The notes under the pieces are model-generated. The model did not search any database and was not told the origin of the DNA. It saw only the letters and a list, made by a program, of their open reading frames with translations. Positions 14,169 through 20,000 of a DNA stretch of 20,000 bases are shown here, in pieces. The translations under genes and the position numbers were made by a program. This stretch comes from an uncultured virus (IMG/VR IMGVR_UViG_3300027867_000004) (Duplodnaviria; Heunggongvirae; Uroviricota; Caudoviricetes), in the IMG/VR virus record IMGVR_UViG_3300027867_000004. One strand, given 5' to 3'. The first letter of the stretch is position 1. Every line of letters begins with the position of its first letter.

Positions 14169-16357
14169 TATTTCATGTAATAATCTCCAATAAAGCCGTC
14201 AGCTCTAACCGGCCACCAAGCACACCAATCTGGTAACTGAAGCATGATCTTTTTTAACTGTTCAAGAGTAAGCCCTAGACTTTTTAATACCTCAGCCACA
14301 AACTCATCGTGTACGGTTAATACTACCGGATAACCTGCTTTTTCTACATTCATTACTGAGTGCATCAGTAAATCTCGACAAGCTGCCTGAACCAGATTTT
14401 CAAAAAATTTTGGCCCATATGTTTCAATCACTTTCCATATCCCGTCCATCCCATAAAAACATACAGTTTCCCGTTTACCAGGTTTAGGCCTTTCGTAAGT
14501 TAAACTGAACTCTTTTAAGTATTCATGAAAACCGCTGGTATTATAAGCAAGTCCAGCTCTTTTGAGCAGGTATTGATATTCCTCGGGCGTATCTTTTTGT
14601 ACTTTGCCAATCTTAACTGATAAGAACTTTACGAAAGGTTTGTTATCTTCATCAAAATGAATTTTTGGTACGATCTTACCATCTACCACATGTATATCAG
14701 GTACTTTAGCTATATAAAATTTTTGCAGAAAAGCTTTTTGATAAACCAAATATCGACCTGAAGGCAATCTCATTAGTAAGTTACCATTTTTCATGCCGAA
14801 AGCAACACCATTTTTAACAGGGACAGTTTGGTTAGTATTAATAGCAAGCTTCGCAGCTGCGTCCATATCCCACCACATCTGTACAATAGCGGGGTTAGCC
14901 TCACGCCAGGTTTTGATCAGTCCTGGAATTTCTTTTATAGGAATACGTTTTTTAGGATCTTCGATGGTATCGTTATTCCGCTCCATTGCTCCGCTGGATC
15001 CCCCGAACTGACACAATAATTCTGCAATTTTACATTTTTGCCGAATGTCTTTGGTAATTTTATCTATTGGTATGTGAAACATTACTGATCCGGAAGCCTT
15101 GTAGATATCACCACCTGTTTTAAAGAAATCAATTCGCCATTGTTCACCGGCCAAACATGCCGCGGCAAGACTTTCAATACTTGAAAAATCTAATACAACA
15201 AATTCTTTACCTGGTGCAGCGATAAAAGTAGGCCGTAACATTTGTGAGAGTATATTCGAAAGATTTGGAAATACCATATGCAAGCTGTCCACATCACGGT
15301 GTTTTACTAATTCCCGGGTATTATCTAGGAAACTAAAAGAGTCCTGAAACATATCTTCCAATCGCGGGAAATTTTGTGGCTGCGGGCCCCGGCCCGCCTC
15401 CCTGCCCGTCCGGTTAGCGCCGTAGTACTGGATCATGCCCCGGACTCGCTGATCATGGCAGGCCCCAAACTTTAAAGCCAGGTATTTGGTGATACTGGAT
15501 TTAGCCATCAGCTGCCGTATAGATAAAATACGCTTTACATCCGGGTCTTCCTCATCCAGCAGCATCTGCCGCACGGCCAGTTTATTTAAAGTAGTAACCT
15601 CTTCCTCCATTTCAGCGGAGAGCCACTCTTTTAGCTGCTTGGGTGAATTGACATTTGAAAGTCCTGTAAGCGCGGTTGCCTCTTCAATCAGTTCTTCTCT
15701 ATAGGCTTTATTGATCACAATAGCGGAGTCAACTAACTGCATATCCACCATTACCCCACGTTCATTCTTTCGTTCATTCAGACACCATATATGATGCTCG
15801 GATGCTGGAATTTTATACCACTGACAGGCCTTATCCACATTCTGCTCAACAACAACGTCCTGGCCGTTATAAGACTTAAACTGTTCCCATTTCTCAGGAT
15901 CGTGCTCAGGTAGATTCCTGGTTCGCATACTGTTCGCCTTGGTAGGTGTACAAGGCATACAGAAATACCGGATCAGTGATTTACCAATAGGGTCTTTTTT
16001 CTCAATCAAACCTAACGCTTTACTGGCGTCATCCAAACTGAGCGGTAATCCGCACATTGCTGCCCGGGCCTGGGTGCATTCCCACTGCTCGGGCGGTGAG
16101 TAAATGCCTAAGGTAATATTCAGGTAATTCCGTTCGTAAGGGGCATTGAAGGCCTTTTTGATATAATCAGGATCCGTCAATGCAGAGCGCAGCCAGGCAG
16201 GAATTTTTTGTCTGGTCAGATCAAGCACTACAACGGGCGCGTAGTCCAGTGAATAAGCCAGCAGGATGATCTCACCAGATTCAGCCCGTTTATAGACACC
16301 ATACTTAATGTCCACCGGACTATAATCTTCAATATCTAAGCTAAGAATATGTTTCAT
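14168..16357 (-). CDS. polA: Phage family-A DNA polymerase with 3'-5' exonuclease
   Basis: ExoI LDIE, AFNAPYE, RTGR…QPQNFPR, motif A DFSSIE, motif B RQKCKIAEL, ENLVQA and motif C TVHDE. Confidence 0.93.
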   Translation of the reverse strand: MKHILSLDIEDYSPVDIKYGVYKRAESGEIILLAYSLDYAPVVVLDLTRQKIPAWLRSALTDPDYIKKAFNAPYERNYLNITLGIYSPPEQWECTQARAAMCGLPLSLDDASKALGLIEKKDPIGKSLIRYFCMPCTPTKANSMRTRNLPEHDPEKWEQFKSYNGQDVVVEQNVDKACQWYKIPASEHHIWCLNERKNERGVMVDMQLVDSAIVINKAYREELIEEATALTGLSNVNSPKQLKEWLSAEMEEEVTTLNKLAVRQMLLDEEDPDVKRILSIRQLMAKSSITKYLALKFGACHDQRVRGMIQYYGANRTGREAGRGPQPQNFPRLEDMFQDSFSFLDNTRELVKHRDVDSLHMVFPNLSNILSQMLRPTFIAAPGKEFVVLDFSSIESLAAACLAGEQWRIDFFKTGGDIYKASGSVMFHIPIDKITKDIRQKCKIAELLCQFGGSSGAMERNNDTIEDPKKRIPIKEIPGLIKTWREANPAIVQMWWDMDAAAKLAINTNQTVPVKNGVAFGMKNGNLLMRLPSGRYLVYQKAFLQKFYIAKVPDIHVVDGKIVPKIHFDEDNKPFVKFLSVKIGKVQKDTPEEYQYLLKRAGLAYNTSGFHEYLKEFSLTYERPKPGKRETVCFYGMDGIWKVIETYGPKFFENLVQAACRDLLMHSVMNVEKAGYPVVLTVHDEFVAEVLKSLGLTLEQLKKIMLQLPDWCAWWPVRADGFIGDYYMK

Positions 16358-17097
16358 AAAATAGTTTTAATGAACTCGTCAAACTTGCTTTCGTGTATAA
16401 ATAATTTTTCTGTACTTTCTTTGGCCGCTCTGTTATACATACCATTTTGAGATAAAGTTCCTTTAAGCTTACCTTCCCAAATACTGATAAAATCGACTGG
16501 GGCCTGATATTCTGAAATGAATACCCAGTGATTGGTACTTTTTGTTCTACAATAATCCCAGAATTTAATATGATCAAATTTAACTCTATAACCAGTAGTG
16601 TTTTTATACGGCGGGTCACAGTAGATAACAGAATGATCAGGTATCGGTACCTGGTCGTAAGAGAGAGAGAGGAAGGTAGTGGTTTGTAATTTATTTATTT
16701 GTTTAAGTACATTATTTTTTGCTTCTTGTTGATAATTCCTAATAGTTTGACCCTCATGGTAACCAGCAAAACCAGAAAAGGGTTTTCCTGAAAAGCTACA
16801 GCAGAATTGAGCATAGCCAACTAACTCAGGTTCATAAAAATCTTGATTTTGCCAGATGTCATAATATTGTTCTTTGTCGATATATTCTGGGGGCAACCAG
16901 CCATTTTGAAGTGCTTTCCATAAGGCAATTAAGGATGTGTTCACATCATTAGCTATTTTTAAAGGATGATTAATTTTATCAATTAAATTACATCCTCCAC
17001 AAAATAATTCAACATAATATTGCTCAGCGGACAAATTTTCAATAATAATAGGAATGATATATTTAGCGATTCTACGCTTTGAGCCCATGTATTTCAT
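16354..17097 (-). CDS. Dam-like (D12, alpha class) DNA adenine methyltransferase
   Basis: KYMGSK, ELFCGG, ANDVN, YCDPPY and FISEY. Confidence 0.92.
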   Translation of the reverse strand: MKYMGSKRRIAKYIIPIIIENLSAEQYYVELFCGGCNLIDKINHPLKIANDVNTSLIALWKALQNGWLPPEYIDKEQYYDIWQNQDFYEPELVGYAQFCCSFSGKPFSGFAGYHEGQTIRNYQQEAKNNVLKQINKLQTTTFLSLSYDQVPIPDHSVIYCDPPYKNTTGYRVKFDHIKFWDYCRTKSTNHWVFISEYQAPVDFISIWEGKLKGTLSQNGMYNRAAKESTEKLFIHESKFDEFIKTIL

Positions 17098-17222
17098 TTA
17101 CCATTTGTTATTACTATAGGTCCAATATGAGGAAGAATGATAAAAAATACAACAGCACCCACTATTAAGATAAGCAATAAAATCCATTCATACTTTGGGT
17201 TCGGTTCATCTAACTGCATCAT
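17094..17222 (-). CDS. Small membrane protein (MMQLDEPNPKYEWILLLILIVGAVVFFIILPHIGPIVITNGK)
   Basis: Translated by hand; ATGA-coupled on both sides; one hydrophobic helix. Confidence 0.65.
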   Translation of the reverse strand: MMQLDEPNPKYEWILLLILIVGAVVFFIILPHIGPIVITNGK

Positions 17223-17389
17223 AATAAATCATCTCCTAATATCAGATCAATTTGTCGTTCAATTTCTTTTAATCCGGCTTTTAAAGCAATCATCCACTCA
17301 AACGCCGAGCTAACCCGCATTCTGTCTAAAGCTTCGATCTGAGCTTCGAAAATTTGTTTTTGCGATTGTAAATATTCAAGTTTTTCCAT
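17219..17389 (-). CDS. Small coiled-coil-like protein (56 aa, MEKLEYLQSQKQIFEAQIEAL…)
   Basis: Translated by hand; overlaps its neighbours in the operon. Confidence 0.65.
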   Translation of the reverse strand: MEKLEYLQSQKQIFEAQIEALDRMRVSSAFEWMIALKAGLKEIERQIDLILGDDLL

Positions 17390-17618
17390 TTCTTTTATTA
17401 ATTTCTAATTGTTCTAACCACATAAATTCATCAAACCATTGATCAAATTTACGTAGTATAATAAACCAAATTTCGTCATCTGAAAAAACACCATTATTAT
17501 AATAGAGAACTTCTTTTCTGATATCATCTACAAGCCATTGAACCATGGGCGGTTCTTCACTGTCAAGATAAAATAATATATCATTGAACCGAAACCAAAG
17601 CCAATCGAATGTTTTCAT
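17376..17618 (-). CDS. Hypothetical protein, first gene of the leftward polymerase operon
   Basis: 80 aa, Trp/Phe-rich and acidic. Confidence 0.6.
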   Translation of the reverse strand: MKTFDWLWFRFNDILFYLDSEEPPMVQWLVDDIRKEVLYYNNGVFSDDEIWFIILRKFDQWFDEFMWLEQLEINKRNGKT

Positions 17619-17626
17619 GCTTAAAC

Positions 17627-17687
17627 CAAAGATATAAATTTATTTTTTATTTTTCTTGCATTTAATTAAAATAAATAATTACATTTG
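17627..17687. promoter_or_regulatory. Divergent Bacteroidota-type promoters
   Basis: Minus-strand TATCTTTG (17634-17627) and plus-strand TACATTTG (17680-17687, with TTG 21 nt upstream) in an AT-rich gap between divergent operons. Confidence 0.7.
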
Positions 17688-17710
17688 TTTTATTAAAACA
17701 TTAATCAGAA

Positions 17711-17902
17711 ATGGCAGCAAAAGATAGAACATCTATTACAATAACCTGGAGCGAAGGAATGGTGAATTTTGTACGGGGTCCTGTTTTTGATAAGACACGC
17801 GTAAAAATTGCTCAACTTTCGGAACTAGCGATGGAGACCTGGTTGAAAGAAAATGGATATTGGGATGAATACCAGCAAACGCTTGAACCTGATATATTAT
17901 AG
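17711..17902 (+). CDS. Small putative DNA-binding regulator (RHH-like)
   Basis: 63 aa; first gene after the divergent promoter; RTSITITWS strand followed by two helices. Confidence 0.55.
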   Translation: MAAKDRTSITITWSEGMVNFVRGPVFDKTRVKIAQLSELAMETWLKENGYWDEYQQTLEPDIL

Positions 17903-18061
17903 ATGGGGTTTTTCGAGAAACATTTTGAAAAGCCAAAGCGTAAGAGTAATTATACTAAGGAAGAAGTTATTTTTCATTTAGAGGTACTCCCATTATATCG
18001 TAAAGGTGATACTAAGCAACGAAAATTAAAAACACATGATAAAGATCGAACTACAATTTGA
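17903..18061 (+). CDS. Small basic hypothetical protein (52 aa, MGFFEKHFEKPKRK…)
   Basis: Translated by hand; ATG abuts the upstream stop. Confidence 0.45.
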   Translation: MGFFEKHFEKPKRKSNYTKEEVIFHLEVLPLYRKGDTKQRKLKTHDKDRTTI

Positions 18062-18479
18062 AACAGGGGCCGAGGCCAGAGAAGCTTTAATAGAGTTATT
18101 AGGTAGTACGCCCGTACCTGAAAAGCGTCAACCTTATACGCTACCTGATGGTCAAGAAACTCCACAGGAAATTGCTGAGACTTTTTTAGGTTCAGCGCCT
18201 GAGCAGGAAAAGAAAAAAAGGCGTACAAAGGCACAGATCGAAGCTGACCAAGCGAAACAATCTGATCCCAGTGATGATGTTCAAAACGAACCTGCCAGTG
18301 AAGAGCCGAAAGTAACGGTGGAAGACCTTCAGAAAAAAGCGATTGAGCTTGGCCGTGCTGGAAAGAAAGAGGATTGCCGTGCTATACTTAAAAAATATGG
18401 CGCATCGTCCATTAGCTCGGATAATAAACTGGACCCCGCACATTATGCTGAGGTACTGGCTGAATTTAACGAATTGTAA
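18036..18479 (+). CDS. Conserved phage protein of the kind usually found upstream of DUF2800
   Basis: Low-complexity middle; C-terminal VTVEDLQKKA…RAILKKYGA…LDPAHYAEVL helical domain. Confidence 0.75.
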   Translation: MIKIELQFETGAEAREALIELLGSTPVPEKRQPYTLPDGQETPQEIAETFLGSAPEQEKKKRRTKAQIEADQAKQSDPSDDVQNEPASEEPKVTVEDLQKKAIELGRAGKKEDCRAILKKYGASSISSDNKLDPAHYAEVLAEFNEL

Positions 18480-18480
18480 A

Positions 18481-18581
18481 TATATTCCGGGAGTAAAGCC
18501 TACAGTCGGGCAATAATAACGTTATAAAACCGAACGAGCTTGCCAGGGCAGTGACGGCGGTAAAGCTACTCCCGGAATATA
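18481..18581 (+). other. Long intergenic stem (15-bp perfect inverted repeat enclosing 71 nt), candidate structured RNA
   Basis: TATATTCCGGGAGTA (18481-18495) / TACTCCCGGAATATA (18567-18581). Confidence 0.65.
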
Positions 18582-18610
18582 AAATTTTTAAACTGATTAA
18601 ACTGAATAAA

Positions 18611-19759
18611 ATGTCAAAACACGCAATTCTATCCCCCTCGGCAGCAAGCAGATGGCTTGTCTGCACTCCCTCCGCTCGTTTAGAGCAGGAATTTCCAAAT
18701 ATCTCATCTAGTTATGCTGATGAAGGAACATTGGCTCACGCCGTGGGTGAATGTATTTTAAGGCAACTGGCAGGAATGATTACAGCAGCTGAAGCTGAGA
18801 CGATCATGGCCGTCCACCTCAATAACCAGTATTACAGTAAAGAGCTGCACGATTATGCGGAAGGATACGCCTATTATGTACATGCCCAGTGTAAACCAGG
18901 TACCGAGCTGTTTATTGAAACGAGGCTGGACATGACTGATTACGTGGAGGAAGGCTTCGGTACAGGTGACGCGATTGTCATAGGAGAGCGTATCATGCGC
19001 CTGAATGATCTGAAGTACGGTAAGGGTGTTCCGGTATCAGCCGTAGATAATACCCAGCTTAAACTGTACGCTTTAGGTGCCTACAAAGAATTTGGCCATA
19101 TCTTTGATATTGATATGATCGAGCTTAACATCTACCAGCCTCGTTTGGATAATTTTTCTTCCTGGGAGATCAGTTTGAAAGATTTACTGGACTGGGCTGA
19201 AAATGAATTAAAGCCAAGGGCAGCTTTAGCCTATGCAGGGGAGGGTGAATTCGCTCCGGGTAAGGCCTGTACATTTTGCAGAGCACGCGGTACCTGTAAA
19301 GCGCTGCATGACCATAGTATGCAACTGGCCAAACTGGAATTCATCAATCCGGACCTTCTGACCGATGACCAGGTAATCCTGGTGCTTCAGATCGCTGATA
19401 CTTTTGAGAAGTGGATCAAGTCCGTTCAGGACTATGCACTGGCAACAGCCATTAGTGGAGAAAAACAGTGGCCTGGTTACAAAATCGTTGAGGGCCGAAG
19501 CCTGCGTAAATACAGTGATGAGAAAGCTGTTATTGAAGCGCTTAAGAAAAAAGGATTTAAGGATATCTTTAAAGAACCTGCTATTCTGGGCCTGGGTGAT
19601 ATGGAAAAGAAGATCGGAAAACCAGCTTTTAATGAACTGGTGGCCCCACTTTTAGTAAAACCTTCAGGCAAACCAGCCTTGGTTCCAGAGAGTGATAAGC
19701 GTCCTGTTTATTCAGCAGCAGAGACGGAGTTTCAGATTGTCAATGACGAGGATATATGA
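18611..19759 (+). CDS. DUF2800 family Cas4-like PD-(D/E)xK exonuclease
   Basis: HAILSPSAASRWLVCTPS, ADEGTLAH, GFGTGD…DLKYGKG, NTQLKLYALGA, CTFC…C and KIVEGRS; the ATG at 18611 is preferred to the GTG at 18551. Confidence 0.92.
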   Translation: MSKHAILSPSAASRWLVCTPSARLEQEFPNISSSYADEGTLAHAVGECILRQLAGMITAAEAETIMAVHLNNQYYSKELHDYAEGYAYYVHAQCKPGTELFIETRLDMTDYVEEGFGTGDAIVIGERIMRLNDLKYGKGVPVSAVDNTQLKLYALGAYKEFGHIFDIDMIELNIYQPRLDNFSSWEISLKDLLDWAENELKPRAALAYAGEGEFAPGKACTFCRARGTCKALHDHSMQLAKLEFINPDLLTDDQVILVLQIADTFEKWIKSVQDYALATAISGEKQWPGYKIVEGRSLRKYSDEKAVIEALKKKGFKDIFKEPAILGLGDMEKKIGKPAFNELVAPLLVKPSGKPALVPESDKRPVYSAAETEFQIVNDEDI

Positions 19760-20000
19760 TCTGTGAAATTTGCAGCCAGGACAGCGATCAGGTAACGGAA
19801 TGTAAACACCCAAAAAATGCTTATTGTGCACTATATCAAAAACAGGCGATAGCTGATCATTTACTTTACGGACCGAAAAAATACAGAACTTTAGCTCAGT
19901 TAGAGGTTGGCGATGTTTTCAGATATAAAGGCTCTGAGGAAGATGACTGGCACACGGTGAGCAAGGTGGACGAGCAGAAAATATATTATGCTGGTCTGCA
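19756..20000 (+). CDS. Hypothetical protein, runs off the window (MICEICSQDSDQVTECKHPKNAYC…)
   Basis: ATGA overlap with the DUF2800 stop; open to the window end. Confidence 0.6.
   Translation, partial: MICEICSQDSDQVTECKHPKNAYCALYQKQAIADHLLYGPKKYRTLAQLEVGDVFRYKGSEEDDWHTVSKVDEQKIYYAGL

Larger units (their letters stand above)
1..20000. mobile_element. Phage/prophage early and replication region (PolA + DUF2800 + VRR-NUC + SNF2 + VapE primase type), probable Bacteroidota host
   Basis: Dense, short, translationally coupled ORFs (ATGA overlaps), a phage-type replication gene set, HNH nucleases and orphan MTases. No host housekeeping genes seen. TAnnTTTG promoter boxes point to the host phylum. 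Confidence 0.9.

Noticed and set aside
11462..15150. Invertible shufflon of C-termini
   Set aside because: Duplicated parts are in direct orientation; no recombinase or inverted crossover sites seen
14168..16357. Modified-base (e.g. DpoZ) polymerase system
   Set aside because: No purZ or other nucleotide-modification genes in the window; only a generic Nudix enzyme
18551..18610. GTG start extending DUF2800
   Set aside because: Lies within the inverted-repeat element; family similarity starts at MSKHAILS (18611)
18611..19759. Cas4 of a CRISPR-Cas system
   Set aside because: DUF2800 phage replication/recombination nuclease; no cas genes or array nearby

Overview
The window is a segment of a tailed dsDNA phage or prophage. 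Its host is probably Bacteroidota, judged from TAnnTTTG promoter boxes, AT-rich translation starts and a BT4734-type primase. It covers the early and DNA-replication region: a truncated ArdC-like antirestriction gene, an iteron-rich putative origin, a primase-helicase (BT4734/PriCT-2/VapE), Nudix, three HNH-type nucleases, VRR-NUC, an SNF2-like helicase, a family-A DNA polymerase, a DUF2800 Cas4-like nuclease and three DNA methyltransferases of different classes. Two things stand out. (1) Three tandem small paralogues (6928-8116) each carry a 78-nt repeat whose 17 variable columns all fall in codon positions 1 or 2, mostly in NNC codons. This is the signature of diversity-generating retroelement (DGR) variable regions, here on apparently non-structural proteins, and no template repeat or reverse transcriptase is visible in the window. 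(2) The helicase/polymerase junction occurs twice in divergent tandem form (helC-HNH-polC, then helC-MTase-polC), with spare C-terminal fragments of both enzymes fused at about 13244. All family calls are from motif recognition by eye; no database searches were run.
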